Assembly (NCBI GenBank): GCA_964413125.1
Contig: CAYPSZ010000289.1
Location: 1 to 51,511, forward strand
Origin: an uncultured Desulfobacterales bacterium
Lineage (GTDB): Bacteria; Desulfobacterota; DSM-4660; Desulfatiglandales; HGW-15
DNA: 51,511 nt
Reading direction: 5' to 3'
Made by a program: the position numbers and the translations under genes. Under the pieces are notes generated by a model. That model was not told the DNA's origin. It ran no database searches and worked only from the letters and a program-made list of their open reading frames with translations. Positions 29,390 through 39,519 of this stretch are shown piece by piece. The stretch's first letter is position 1, and the number at the start of each line of letters is the position of its first letter.

Positions 29390-31978
29390 TCACCCCTCAC
29401 TTGAACCGGCGCCGCCCCGTTTTCTCGCTTGAATCTCAATTATCTTGGCCGCTACCTTCTTCAGGTGGTCCGACATCTGCGCGGCTTTCTGGTAGCGTTT
29501 TGAAGCGTCTTTTTCCAGGGCCTTGTCGATTATTTTCTCTAAAACAGGAGGAATGCGCGGGTTGATGGATCTAGGTGAAGGATGAGGTTCGCGGGCGATT
29601 TGATACATGAGGGAGGTCATGTCATCCCCGCGGAAGGGCTTCTGTCCTGTCAGCATCTCAAACAGCACCACACCCAAGGAGAAGATGTCCGAGCGCCCAT
29701 CCACCTTCTTGCCCGCCACCTGCTCCGGTGACATGTAGGAGGGGGTTCCCAGCACCACCCCGGTTTTGGTCTTGGATGAAGAAGTGATTCGGGCGATCCC
29801 GAAATCGGTCACCTTGACCGAATCGGTACCCTTGAGGCGCATGATATTCCCGGGCTTGATGTCACGGTGGACAATGCCTCGTTCATGCGCATAGCTCAGT
29901 GCGTCGGCAACCTGTGCGGCCAGCTTAACGGCCACATGTATGGGAAGAAGCCCGCCTTGCTTGACAACGGTTTCCAGGTTTTCTCCTTCCAGGAACTCCA
30001 TGGCGATATATGCCAGATCGTGTTCGTCGCCGGCGTCGTAAATAGTGACGATGTTGGGGTGGGTGAGAAGCCCCGCTGATTCGGCTTCCCGAAAGAAGCG
30101 TTCCTTGATTTCATCCACCATCTCTTCGTCGAAATCGGAAATACGGACGGTCTTAATCGCCACGGTCCGATGAATCTTCGGGTCCTCGCCCTTGTAAACA
30201 ACCCCCATGGCTCCACGGCCCAGCTCTTCCGTTACTTCGTAGCGGCCCAGGGTGGGCTTCGTGTCCATCCCCGAAAGCGTGGCGCCTATGTCCCCCGGAT
30301 GTCCTCCTCCACCGGGACCGAAGATCATGGTGGCCTCCGCGCCTTTGAGCCGAGGGATACGTTCATCAAGGTCCTTGAAGTTTCTTCCGTCTTCCACTAT
30401 GCGTCTATAGGTGGCCAGGGCCTTTGAAAACTGGCGTTTCCGTTCGAAGTCAAGGCCTAAATTGTAAAGGAGTTCCCGGGCTCCTTCCTCTTCCAGGGGA
30501 AGCTTTCGAAACTTCTCCAGGGCCAGGTCCAGCATGCCCTGCTGCTGAAAGGAGAGCCCCAGCATCTTGTTCGTCTCAACAGAGTCGGCCTCCACCTTCT
30601 CCTTGGTCCTCTCTGTGATGAAGAACTGTTTGGAGATAACGAGAATATACCCCGATGTCAGAAGCATAACAGCCGGGGTGATGTGGAGCCACACGTGCCT
30701 GGTGAAAAACAGGGTGATTCCTGCGCCCGTATATGCGGCGAAGAGGCCGAGCGTCGTGAGCGCCCCCGGGCCCGCACGAAGTCGGGGGAGAATTGTGGTT
30801 ATGAACAGCCCGAAAAGTAGTAGTACGCCCAATTCAGCAAGGCCTATCCAGGAAGGCCTGGAATAGAAGCGCTGGTTCAGAATATTGGATACGGAATTGG
30901 CTACCACTTCCACACCCGGGAGCTGCCCGGATATGGGTGTGACCAGCCTGTCCCCGATTCCCGTGGCGGTGGGTCCTATTATTACGATTTTGTCCCTGAA
31001 AAGGGGCGTTTTTATCTCATTCCTGTAAACCTTTGTGAAGGGAGTCCGATGGAAAGCCACGTCAGGGCCCTCGTTCCAGTTGATCAAGGTGGCCATATAC
31101 CTGTCGCGGACCGGGATGGTGACAAAGTCCGAAGGGCTTGTCCTAATTCGAATCCCCTGGCCCAGGGTCACTATGATGTCGCCGCCGTCCAATCCTTTGA
31201 ACTCCTTGACAATGGCCATGGCAAAGGAGGGGAAAAAGGTCTTCCTTAGGTACCCGATCACGTGGACCTGGTCCCTGACGGTACCGTCAGGGTCGGGAAA
31301 AAGGTTGAGATGACCGATCCCCGAGGCGGCTTCCGCGAACATGGGCAGGATGGGATTGACCTTATCAAACCAGATCATGCTCGACAAACCCCATGGATCC
31401 TGCGTGCCTCGGACTTCCCTGAATGCGAACTTTTCCATGAAGTCGGGCGGCTCCAAGTCCCTGCCCATGCTGAGGGTGTCGAAGTATATTGGAAGCACAA
31501 CGTTTCCGGCCTCATTAATGGCTTGGTACAGCAGCCGGTCTTTATCCAGCAGGCCTTCTGCGTCGGCAAGCTCCCTGTAAAAGCTTAGCCCCGGGCCCTG
31601 CTGGGCCAGGCCGTAGGAATCGAATTTCTTGCGAAGTTCTCTGAGAGTGCGAAGGCCCTCGCTCTGTTCCGGTTCCGGAAACAGGATATTCATGGCTATT
31701 ACTCTTGCTCCGGCCATGGAGAGGTTCCGGATTGCCTGTGCGATCACATCCCTGGGCCAGGGAAAGCGGCCCAGCTCGGACAGGTCGTCGTCCGTGATGG
31801 CCACGATCTCTATGTCAGGGTTGCGTTCAGACGGTGCTGCGAGCTTTGCACGGAAATCAAACGTTTTTTGCTCTATGGTTTTGGTGAAATCCATGATTCC
31901 GGTCATGGTGATGAATACGAAAAATGCCGTGACGATTACCCCCACCGCCCAATCAGGAATACCCCGCTTGTTTATCAT
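29390..31978 (-). CDS. CHASE2-domain membrane Ser/Thr protein kinase (CHASE2-3TM-TPR-like-Hanks kinase)
   Basis: GRFPWPR, DPDGTVR and PGVE (CHASE2); three TMs; LYNLGLDFERKRQ; GRGAMG, VAIK, HRDIKPGN, DFG and GTPSYMSPEQ. Confidence 0.93.
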   Translation of the reverse strand: MINKRGIPDWAVGVIVTAFFVFITMTGIMDFTKTIEQKTFDFRAKLAAPSERNPDIEIVAITDDDLSELGRFPWPRDVIAQAIRNLSMAGARVIAMNILFPEPEQSEGLRTLRELRKKFDSYGLAQQGPGLSFYRELADAEGLLDKDRLLYQAINEAGNVVLPIYFDTLSMGRDLEPPDFMEKFAFREVRGTQDPWGLSSMIWFDKVNPILPMFAEAASGIGHLNLFPDPDGTVRDQVHVIGYLRKTFFPSFAMAIVKEFKGLDGGDIIVTLGQGIRIRTSPSDFVTIPVRDRYMATLINWNEGPDVAFHRTPFTKVYRNEIKTPLFRDKIVIIGPTATGIGDRLVTPISGQLPGVEVVANSVSNILNQRFYSRPSWIGLAELGVLLLFGLFITTILPRLRAGPGALTTLGLFAAYTGAGITLFFTRHVWLHITPAVMLLTSGYILVISKQFFITERTKEKVEADSVETNKMLGLSFQQQGMLDLALEKFRKLPLEEEGARELLYNLGLDFERKRQFSKALATYRRIVEDGRNFKDLDERIPRLKGAEATMIFGPGGGGHPGDIGATLSGMDTKPTLGRYEVTEELGRGAMGVVYKGEDPKIHRTVAIKTVRISDFDEEMVDEIKERFFREAESAGLLTHPNIVTIYDAGDEHDLAYIAMEFLEGENLETVVKQGGLLPIHVAVKLAAQVADALSYAHERGIVHRDIKPGNIMRLKGTDSVKVTDFGIARITSSSKTKTGVVLGTPSYMSPEQVAGKKVDGRSDIFSLGVVLFEMLTGQKPFRGDDMTSLMYQIAREPHPSPRSINPRIPPVLEKIIDKALEKDASKRYQKAAQMSDHLKKVAAKIIEIQARKRGGAGSSEG

Positions 31979-32050
31979 TGTTCCTCCATCCACTTGTGGG
32001 CTGCCGTCCCACCCGCACTCGACGCCGCGCGGTTCGGGGAGGTCCCTGTT

Positions 32051-32632
32051 TCAGTGAACGGTGATGTACGGCTTCAACCGTTCCAGAGTTCGGTTTCCAA
32101 TGCCTTGTACTCTCAATATATCTTCAGGCCGATCGAATCCGTCCGCCTGCTCCCGGTAGGCCACCATTGCACGGGCAAGTCCGGGTCCGATTCCCGGAAG
32201 CGCTGTGAGCCCCTCCAGGCTGCTACGGTTCACCGGGATCGGCATGCCCAGGGTAAAAAGATAAAAGGGAGCCATCTCCTCAATGCGGTAGGTCTTTTCT
32301 TCTTCCGAGGAGCCGGAGAAGACCACCCTGGCGCCCGAATCAAGATGGGCGTCTGCAGGAAACCAGGCCGCCCGGTCATGGGATTTCACCCCGGCTCTCG
32401 CTGCAAGGGCTGAAGCCTTTACGGGCGGGGCGCAGAAGGCGTATACGCCGGGGTGGGGCACATCACCCGCAGCCTCCACAAAAATCGGGTCGGCGCATGG
32501 AATACCGGGAGGCTGTGCAGAAGGCCCGGACGAGAACAAGCCCGCAACACCCAGACCCATAATCAGCAGAAGCAACGCCAGGCATGCGCCCACATTGTCA
32601 TCCCTCTTGAGCGGCTTCATTGTCCAGACCAA
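32051..32632 (-). CDS. comEA: ComEA-family DNA-binding protein (SLBB + helix-hairpin-helix)
   Basis: N-terminal TM, GDVPHPGVY, LTALPGIGPGLA and VQGIG. Start uncertain. Confidence 0.8.
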   Translation of the reverse strand: MVWTMKPLKRDDNVGACLALLLLIMGLGVAGLFSSGPSAQPPGIPCADPIFVEAAGDVPHPGVYAFCAPPVKASALAARAGVKSHDRAAWFPADAHLDSGARVVFSGSSEEEKTYRIEEMAPFYLFTLGMPIPVNRSSLEGLTALPGIGPGLARAMVAYREQADGFDRPEDILRVQGIGNRTLERLKPYITVH

Positions 32633-33830
32633 AGGCCTCGTGCAGGACCCGTACGGCCAGTTCGGTGTACTTTTCTTCGATGACGCAGGATATCTTGATT
32701 TCCGACGTGCTGATCATCATTACGTTGATGTTTTCAGCCGCAAGGGCGTGGAACATTTTCATGGCCACTCCTGCATGAGTGCGCATGCCCACACCTATGA
32801 CGGAGACCTTGGCAATTTCTTCATCTCCCAGAACCTTTTCAGCCTCAATTTCCTCGGCCACCTTGCTTACCAGTTTCATGGTCTTGAGGAAATCGGACTT
32901 GGGAACAGTGAATGTCAGGTCCGTAATTCCGTCCTCGCTGGTGTTCTGGAGTATCATGTCCACTATTATCCCGGAATCGAAAACAGGCTCAAAAATCCTG
33001 GCTGCAATACCCGGCCGGTCAGGCACCTTCTTGATGGTGACCCGGGCCTCATTCTTGTTGTAAGCGACACTGGAGACCACCAGCTTCTCCATGTCTTTTG
33101 TCTCAGCAATTACCATGGTCCCTTCCTCTCTGCTGAAAGTGGAACGAACGTGGATGGGAACGTTAAACTTCTTGGCAAATTCCACCGCTCTAATCTCAAG
33201 AACTTTGGCTCCCAGGCTGGCCATCTCAAGCATTTCTTCGTAGGAGATGCGCTCCATTTTTCTGGCCTTCGGGCATATATTGGGGTCGGTGGTGTAAACG
33301 CCGTCAACATCGGTGAATATTTCGCAGAAGTCCGCCTCAAGCGAGGCTGCCAGAGCCACTGCCGTGGTGTCCGAGCCTCCTCGGCCCAGAGTTGTGATGT
33401 TACCGTCGCGGTCAAGTCCCTGGAACCCGGCCACAGCAATGATTCTGTCGTCAGCCAGCTCTTTTAGTATTCGGCTGGTGTCTATGTCCCGGATATGCGC
33501 CTTGCCGTAAAGCCGGTCCGTGTGGATGGAGGCCTGGAATGCAAGGAGGGAGAGGGCGTCGTACCCAAGGGACTTGATAGCCATGGAGAATAGGGCCACG
33601 GTAACCTGCTCGCCTGTTGCCATCAGAACATCCAGTTCCCGCGGGTCTGGATCGTCGGTCACCTGCCGGGCCAACCGGATGAGGCTGTCGGTCTGACCGG
33701 CCATGGCGGAAAGGACCACCACCATGCGGTTCCCGGCTCGGTGGTAATCCAAAACCCTCCCGGCCACGTCTCGGATTTTTTCAATGCTTCCGACCGAAGT
33801 GCCCCCGTACTTTTGGACAATCAATGCCAT
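32598..33830 (-). CDS. lysC: Aspartate kinase
   Basis: VQKYGGTSV, TLGRGGSDTTA, TDVDGVYTTDP and two ACT domains. Confidence 0.97.
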   Translation of the reverse strand: MALIVQKYGGTSVGSIEKIRDVAGRVLDYHRAGNRMVVVLSAMAGQTDSLIRLARQVTDDPDPRELDVLMATGEQVTVALFSMAIKSLGYDALSLLAFQASIHTDRLYGKAHIRDIDTSRILKELADDRIIAVAGFQGLDRDGNITTLGRGGSDTTAVALAASLEADFCEIFTDVDGVYTTDPNICPKARKMERISYEEMLEMASLGAKVLEIRAVEFAKKFNVPIHVRSTFSREEGTMVIAETKDMEKLVVSSVAYNKNEARVTIKKVPDRPGIAARIFEPVFDSGIIVDMILQNTSEDGITDLTFTVPKSDFLKTMKLVSKVAEEIEAEKVLGDEEIAKVSVIGVGMRTHAGVAMKMFHALAAENINVMMISTSEIKISCVIEEKYTELAVRVLHEAFGLDNEAAQEG

Positions 33831-33892
33831 TTTGCTCCTCTGATATTATTGTTTTAAAAGCCCAATGGCGGTTGGCGACCCGGGCCTGACCC

Positions 33893-34360
33893 TCACACAA
33901 GTGCTTCTAGTATCTCCAGGGGCCTGGCATGGTGGCCCGAGAATGTGATACGCCTTGCTTCCTGGTCCCATATGACGATGTCAATATGGAGGGCCCATGA
34001 GGGGATGATTTCCGGACAGCGATCGGCCCACTCCACAAGTGCGACTCCGTCTCCGCGAAGGTACTCCTCGAGTCCCGCGGAAAGGACTTCCTCAAGTCCA
34101 CCCAGCCTGTAGAGGTCCATATGGTAAAACGTGCAACGTGCCGGATACTCGTTCACCAGGGCAAAAGAAGGGCTGGTGATTATGGTCTGTTCCGGGATCC
34201 CGAGGCCGGCTCCGACTCCCTTGGCGAACCAGGTCTTTCCGCTTCCCAAGGATCCGGTGACCGCCAGCACGTCCCCTCCCGCCAGAAGGGCGCCCAGTGT
34301 TCGGCCCAGACGCAGGGTCTCCAGGTCCGAGAAGGTTGAATATGTTTTTCTTTTCTTCAA
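33893..34360 (-). CDS. tsaE: tRNA t6A ATPase
   Basis: GSLGSGKT, ITSPSF, HMDLYRL and VEWAD motifs. Start uncertain (TTG 34360 chosen). Confidence 0.92.
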   Translation of the reverse strand: MKKRKTYSTFSDLETLRLGRTLGALLAGGDVLAVTGSLGSGKTWFAKGVGAGLGIPEQTIITSPSFALVNEYPARCTFYHMDLYRLGGLEEVLSAGLEEYLRGDGVALVEWADRCPEIIPSWALHIDIVIWDQEARRITFSGHHARPLEILEALV

Positions 34361-34379
34361 ATGCCGTTCTACAAGCGCT

Positions 34380-34757
34380 TCAACCTTCCAGCACCACCAT
34401 TGCGACCGCATAATCGCCTTCATCGGACAGGCTCACATGCATGCCGGTGATGCCGCGTTCGCTGCATAAATCCAAGGTCCTTCCTTCGGTGCGGATTCCG
34501 GGACGCCCGCCGGGGTGATGAAACACCTCAATGTCCCGCCATCTAATGCCTTGTCTCATGCCGAGTCCTACGGCCTTGGAAAAGGCTTCCTTTGCAGCGA
34601 AACGCATCGCAAATGCGTATGCGGGCCTCGGCCGGGAAAGGCACAGGACCTGCTCGTCGGCCGTAAACACGCGTTCCAAAAAGCGACTATCCCATCGTTT
34701 TAGCACCTTTTCAATGCGAGGTACGTAAACCATGTCCACGCCGATTCCATAGATCAT
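34380..34757 (-). CDS. acpS: Holo-ACP synthase
   Basis: MIYGIGVD, FAAKEAFSKA, GRP and VSLSD motifs. Confidence 0.95.
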   Translation of the reverse strand: MIYGIGVDMVYVPRIEKVLKRWDSRFLERVFTADEQVLCLSRPRPAYAFAMRFAAKEAFSKAVGLGMRQGIRWRDIEVFHHPGGRPGIRTEGRTLDLCSERGITGMHVSLSDEGDYAVAMVVLEG

Positions 34758-34764
34758 AAGCCCG

Positions 34765-35484
34765 TCAGAAACTCCCCACCAAGTCAATCATATCACGAAC
34801 AGCCCGTTCCATGCCGACGAGCAGGGCCCGGGAAACAATGCTGTGCCCTATGCTGTATTCCCCGATGCGGGAGAGGGAATGAAAGCGTTTGATGTTCGTG
34901 TAGTTCAATCCATGTCCCGCGGCGATTTCCAGACCCGTACCTGCCGCCGATTCCACGGCACGGGCGATCCGCATGAACCGTTCCTCAGCCTCCCTTTCAG
35001 ATGAGGCCTCTGCATAGTGACCTGTGTGAATCTCCACCACCTTTCCGCCCGCTGAGTGTGCCGCCTTGATCTGAGCCGGCTCCGGATCCACAAAAAAACT
35101 CACCGGTATCCCGCCTTTTCGAAGCCTTTCAACCACCCGGACGTATCTGTCCGGGTCGGCCAGGACGTCCAGCCCGCCTTCGGTGGTCAATTCCCGGCGC
35201 TTTTCAGGAACCAGGGTTACCAGGTCCGGCCGGATGTCCAATGCAATTTCAATCATCTCGTCCACCGGTGCCATTTCCATATTGAGCCTGGTCTTGACCG
35301 TTCGCCGCAGCAGTTGCAGGTCCCGATCCTGTATGTGACGCCTGTCTTCACGGAGATGGCAGATTATTCCTTCGGCCCCGGCAAGTTCAGCAATACCTGC
35401 CGCGATCACCGGATCGGGCTCATCTATGCCTCGAGCCTGCCGGACGGTGGCCACATGGTCGACGTTGACCGCAAGTCTTGCCAT
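34765..35484 (-). CDS. pdxJ: Pyridoxine 5'-phosphate synthase
   Basis: VNVDHVATVRQAR, HLREDRRHI, LTTEGG, EIHTG and AGHGL motifs. Confidence 0.97.
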   Translation of the reverse strand: MARLAVNVDHVATVRQARGIDEPDPVIAAGIAELAGAEGIICHLREDRRHIQDRDLQLLRRTVKTRLNMEMAPVDEMIEIALDIRPDLVTLVPEKRRELTTEGGLDVLADPDRYVRVVERLRKGGIPVSFFVDPEPAQIKAAHSAGGKVVEIHTGHYAEASSEREAEERFMRIARAVESAAGTGLEIAAGHGLNYTNIKRFHSLSRIGEYSIGHSIVSRALLVGMERAVRDMIDLVGSF

Positions 35485-35541
35485 ATTCACTTCCTCCTGC
35501 CTGTTGATTGTGCGCACACACGGAACAGGAACCCATGGGAA

Positions 35542-35985
35542 TCAAATATTGAAGTCAACCAGAGAAAGAAGCCGTTTTTCGGCTTTTTCCATACGGGCCG
35601 CCTCCTCTTCAGAGATCTCATGGTCGTATCCAAGGAGGTGCAGGAGCCCGTGGATCAGTAAACGTAAGACGGTTTCGTGAAGCGGCTCACCTAAGGCATG
35701 TGATTCCCGACGAGCCGTCTCCATTGAAACCACGATGTCCCCCAGCATGCCGGCGTTCGATCCTGTGGGGGGGGTGTCCCACATGGGAAAGGCCAGGACG
35801 TTTGTGGCCTCCGTCTTTTTTCTGTAACGGCTGTTCAAGGAAGCGATCTCTTGATCATCCGTGAAAAGGACGCTGAGTTCACCCTCACTATAACCCAAGT
35901 CGCCTAAGACCCTTTTCAGTTCGCGGCGTATCATCCTGTTTTCGGCTTTCGCCGTGGTCTTCCGGCCCCTGATCAGGATGTCCAT
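35542..35985 (-). CDS. ybeY: rRNA maturation endoribonuclease
   Basis: LNSRYR, TNVLAFP, LGDIVVS and HGLLHLLGYDH motifs. Confidence 0.95.
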   Translation of the reverse strand: MDILIRGRKTTAKAENRMIRRELKRVLGDLGYSEGELSVLFTDDQEIASLNSRYRKKTEATNVLAFPMWDTPPTGSNAGMLGDIVVSMETARRESHALGEPLHETVLRLLIHGLLHLLGYDHEISEEEAARMEKAEKRLLSLVDFNI

Positions 35986-38410
35986 GTTTGCCCTTTTTCT
36001 CCGGTCTGAGTTCCCCGGCATCTGGATACTTGATCCTTTGATGGAAGATGCCCACCAGGGTCTTATTGAAGCTCTTTGCTATCTCGTGAAGGTCTTTCAG
36101 CGTCAGTTCGCACTCGTCCAGTTGGCCGTCGGAAAACGCCTGGTTGATCATCTTGTGTACCGTCCCCTGGATCCTGGACGGTGTGGGTTCGCTGAGGGAA
36201 CGCGAGGCGGCTTCCACCATGTCCGCCAACATAACCAGCCCGGCTTCCTTGGTCTGGGGTTTGGGACCCGGGTAGCGGAAGTCTTCCTCCTTGACCTTGG
36301 ATCCTTTCCCCATTTTCAGTTCGGCCCTTTCCTGTGCTTTCTTATAGAAATAATTAATCAGGCCGGTACCATGATGCTGCTGGATGGTATCTATGATCTC
36401 TTTACCAAGGCCCTGCCGGCGTGCCAGCTCCACCCCGTCTTTTACGTGGGCGATTAATACCAGGCTGCTCATGGACGGTGCCAGTTTTTCGTGCTTGTTC
36501 TCGCCGGCCTTCTGATTTTCAATGAAGTAAAGAGGTTTCTTGAGTTTTCCAATATCATGGTAGTAGGCACATACCTTGGCGAGCAAAGGATTTGCGTTCA
36601 CTGCCTGGGCCGTGGCCTCCACCAGGTTGCTGATTATGACGCTGTGGTGGTAGGTCCCGGGGGCCTGGACCAGGAGACGGCGAAGGAGGGGTTGATCCAG
36701 GCTCGAGAGTTCCAGGAGCTTGATATCGGTTGTGAATCCGAAGGACATCTCGATAAGGGGAAGAAAGCCCGTGGCGATGATGGCTGTGAGGATTCCTCCT
36801 GCAAAGCCTGCGCTTACAGCTATAAGTACTTCAACGGAGTAAAGGGATCCGTAGATCATTTCAATGCACAAGGCCAGCACGGCATTGATCAGGCTCACCT
36901 TGAGTCCGGCCTTGATCAGTGTCCCCCGCTCAGTGCAGCGGCGAACGCCATAAGCCGCCACCAGGCTTCCCAGGAAAAAGTAGATGAACAGCGAAACCTG
37001 CCCTCCGCAGATGAAGGCGACAAGCACGGAGATGATCAGGGAAAAGCTTGTGGCGGCGGCAAGACCCTGAAATATGGATAAAAACATCCCGCTGCAGGCA
37101 ACAGGCATGGCGTATAAAAGGCTTCTTGAGCTCATGAACTGAAATCCTCGGGCCACCTCGTCTGCAACAAAGCGGTATGTCCAGGCGAAGATGAAAATCC
37201 CGAGCAGGGTTATCACTGTGAACAGGAGCTCTCGCCGGTCCTCCATGAGTACCTTGAGACCACGAAATCCCACCAGGTACATTACTGTGAAAAAAAGACC
37301 GATGAGTACGGCCATGGCGGGAATTCGTCCCCGCATATCCATACGGTCTCTTGAACGAAATTCTCCTTCCAGTTTTTCGAGGTGTGCCGGGCCGATACGT
37401 TCCCCTTCCCTAACCAGCATCTCACCTTTCTTGATCATGAAATAGGTGGGTTTTACTTGGTTTCGTACCGTCTCCTTTCTTAACTCGGTTTCTCTCTGGT
37501 TGAAGGTTGTATTGGGCTGCAGCAGCGCCGTGGTCAATTGTACAGCGGCCCTTGCGGCTTCGGGCCCGATTTTATCCGCCAGGTCCGCTTCTTGATCCCC
37601 TACGAATGCGGAAGCGGTTTCCAGATCGTGAAACCTTGTGAGGTCTTCTATTCGGGTTTCCTTATGAGCGTATATGTCATGTAGGATGATGCCTCCTTTT
37701 TCCGCCTGAGCCAGCAGCCGTTCTCGGTTAGCCACGATTCCACTGGTCAGGAGCCGGGCCAGGAGTGGTGTTACCGACTCCTCGATTTCCGTGGAGAACC
37801 TGTTGTCCATGAGCGCGTTGAAAAGACTCTGGTCCGTCGCGATATCCAGAACGGAAAAGAAACGGTCACGCAAAGCTTGGATTTCCTCGGGGGGCGGTTC
37901 TGCCCAAGGGGCGTTTTCGACCGCGGGCTTCTCCTGTTCGCCGGGTTCGAGGAGTTCATTGTGCCGTTTCCGCGCAAAGGCAAAAGCCTCCTTGACACGA
38001 TTGACAAGGTCCGAGTGTGACCGGTCGAAGTCATAGACCGCCAGGGAGTGCCTTGCGGCCTCTGCTCGGTTGCGATCAGTCTGCTCCCGGTTTTCGATCA
38101 GGAAGTCGTGGCTTGCCTTTACGCTCGTCTCGGCCACGTCTCCAATCTGGTAATCAGGGACCTGGGTCAGGATGCTGGGAAACAGGAAGAGCGCGAAGAG
38201 TGTACTCAGCACGATCAGGCTTGCCCATAGGATACGATTATGCGTAAGCCATGACAAGGCAACCATTTGGCCGGCCCTGCGCCCTCCGTCCCGGTCCCCC
38301 TTAGGAGTCGGCTTGGCGGGGTTTACGGGGCGCTTTTCACCCTTCAAAGGTGTTTTTGAAGGGGCTCCGTTTCTACGAGTAAGAACTCTGAAATTCTCTT
38401 TTTCCTTCAT
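35888..38410 (-). CDS. 7TM-HD phosphohydrolase (PgpH-like c-di-AMP phosphodiesterase)
   Basis: Large extracytoplasmic domain, about 7 TMs, APGTYHHS, YHDIGK, FIENQ, QHHGT, FRYPGPKPQ and LADMVEAA. Sits in phoH-ybeY context. Start uncertain. Confidence 0.9.
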   Translation of the reverse strand: MKEKENFRVLTRRNGAPSKTPLKGEKRPVNPAKPTPKGDRDGGRRAGQMVALSWLTHNRILWASLIVLSTLFALFLFPSILTQVPDYQIGDVAETSVKASHDFLIENREQTDRNRAEAARHSLAVYDFDRSHSDLVNRVKEAFAFARKRHNELLEPGEQEKPAVENAPWAEPPPEEIQALRDRFFSVLDIATDQSLFNALMDNRFSTEIEESVTPLLARLLTSGIVANRERLLAQAEKGGIILHDIYAHKETRIEDLTRFHDLETASAFVGDQEADLADKIGPEAARAAVQLTTALLQPNTTFNQRETELRKETVRNQVKPTYFMIKKGEMLVREGERIGPAHLEKLEGEFRSRDRMDMRGRIPAMAVLIGLFFTVMYLVGFRGLKVLMEDRRELLFTVITLLGIFIFAWTYRFVADEVARGFQFMSSRSLLYAMPVACSGMFLSIFQGLAAATSFSLIISVLVAFICGGQVSLFIYFFLGSLVAAYGVRRCTERGTLIKAGLKVSLINAVLALCIEMIYGSLYSVEVLIAVSAGFAGGILTAIIATGFLPLIEMSFGFTTDIKLLELSSLDQPLLRRLLVQAPGTYHHSVIISNLVEATAQAVNANPLLAKVCAYYHDIGKLKKPLYFIENQKAGENKHEKLAPSMSSLVLIAHVKDGVELARRQGLGKEIIDTIQQHHGTGLINYFYKKAQERAELKMGKGSKVKEEDFRYPGPKPQTKEAGLVMLADMVEAASRSLSEPTPSRIQGTVHKMINQAFSDGQLDECELTLKDLHEIAKSFNKTLVGIFHQRIKYPDAGELRPEKKGKHGHPDQGPEDHGESRKQDDTPRTEKGLRRLGL

Positions 38411-38482
38411 GGGTTTCAATACTGTCCTTATATGTGCGGGCATATCCTCGCCTGAGTAGGCACTTTACTTCCGCGGGCTGCA

Positions 38483-39460
38483 TCACCCGGGGGATCGGCC
38501 CTGTTCGGCCTTTTCATAGGCTTCTATGATTTCTTGGACCAGAGGGTGGCGGATAACGTCCTCCCTTCCGAAGTATAGGAACCCGATGCCTTTGATTCCG
38601 CTCAGGATGTTTTTTGCTTCTATGAGGCCCGAGGCGATTCCGCTGGGCAGGTCTGTCTGGGTAACATCCCCGGTGATTACCGCCTTGGAGCTGAACCCTA
38701 GACGGGTCAGGAACATTTTCATCTGATCGGTTTTGGCGTTCTGGGCCTCGTCCAGTATCACGAAGGAATCATTGAGCGTCCGTCCCCTCATGAATGCCAG
38801 GGGCGCCACTTCAATCACGCCGCGCTGGATGAGCTTAGACGCATCCTCGAAATCCATCATGTCGTGCAGGGCGTCATAGAGTGGCCTGAGATATGGATTC
38901 ACCTTCTCGTAAAGGTCGCCTGGAAGAAAGCCCAGGTGCTCGCCGGCCTCAACCGCCGGCCTGACCAGGACGATCCTTTTTATCTCTTTCCTGGTCAGGG
39001 CCGCAACGGCCATGGCCATGGCCAGGTATGTCTTTCCGGTGCCGGCCGGGCCTATTCCGAAGACAATATCGAATCTTCTAATACTGTCAATATAATCTTT
39101 CTGGTTGACGGTCTTGGGCGTAATGACTTTCCTGCCGGAAGTTATGTAGACCCTGTCCATGAAAATCCGTTTCAGGTCTGAGGAACGGTCACCGCTTAGG
39201 ATCCGGACCGCATACTCCACATCGCTTACAAAGATTGGATAGTCGCCCCGGAGGAGCTCATAAAGTTGAAAAAGGATGTTCTCTCCCAACTCGATTTCCC
39301 AGGCTTTTCCCTGCAGAAGGAACTGGTTTCCACGCACATTAACAGTGAGCCCGATCTTTTCTTCAATCTTTTTGAGGTTTGAGTTATGCTCCCCGCAAAG
39401 CTGTCTTACCAGTTTTAGGTCTTCAAAGTTAATTTTCTTAGTGTTTTGCTGAATTCCCAA
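38483..39460 (-). CDS. phoH: PhoH-family ATPase (YbeZ-like)
   Basis: GPAGTGKTYLA, RPAVEAGE, LGFLPGD, MRGRT and DEAQN motifs. Confidence 0.95.
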   Translation of the reverse strand: MGIQQNTKKINFEDLKLVRQLCGEHNSNLKKIEEKIGLTVNVRGNQFLLQGKAWEIELGENILFQLYELLRGDYPIFVSDVEYAVRILSGDRSSDLKRIFMDRVYITSGRKVITPKTVNQKDYIDSIRRFDIVFGIGPAGTGKTYLAMAMAVAALTRKEIKRIVLVRPAVEAGEHLGFLPGDLYEKVNPYLRPLYDALHDMMDFEDASKLIQRGVIEVAPLAFMRGRTLNDSFVILDEAQNAKTDQMKMFLTRLGFSSKAVITGDVTQTDLPSGIASGLIEAKNILSGIKGIGFLYFGREDVIRHPLVQEIIEAYEKAEQGRSPG

Positions 39461-39519
39461 TTGGTTCCTCTATGCCCTTTGAACCGGCCCAAAAGCCTTC
39501 CTTAGTTTCCAGGAAATAA

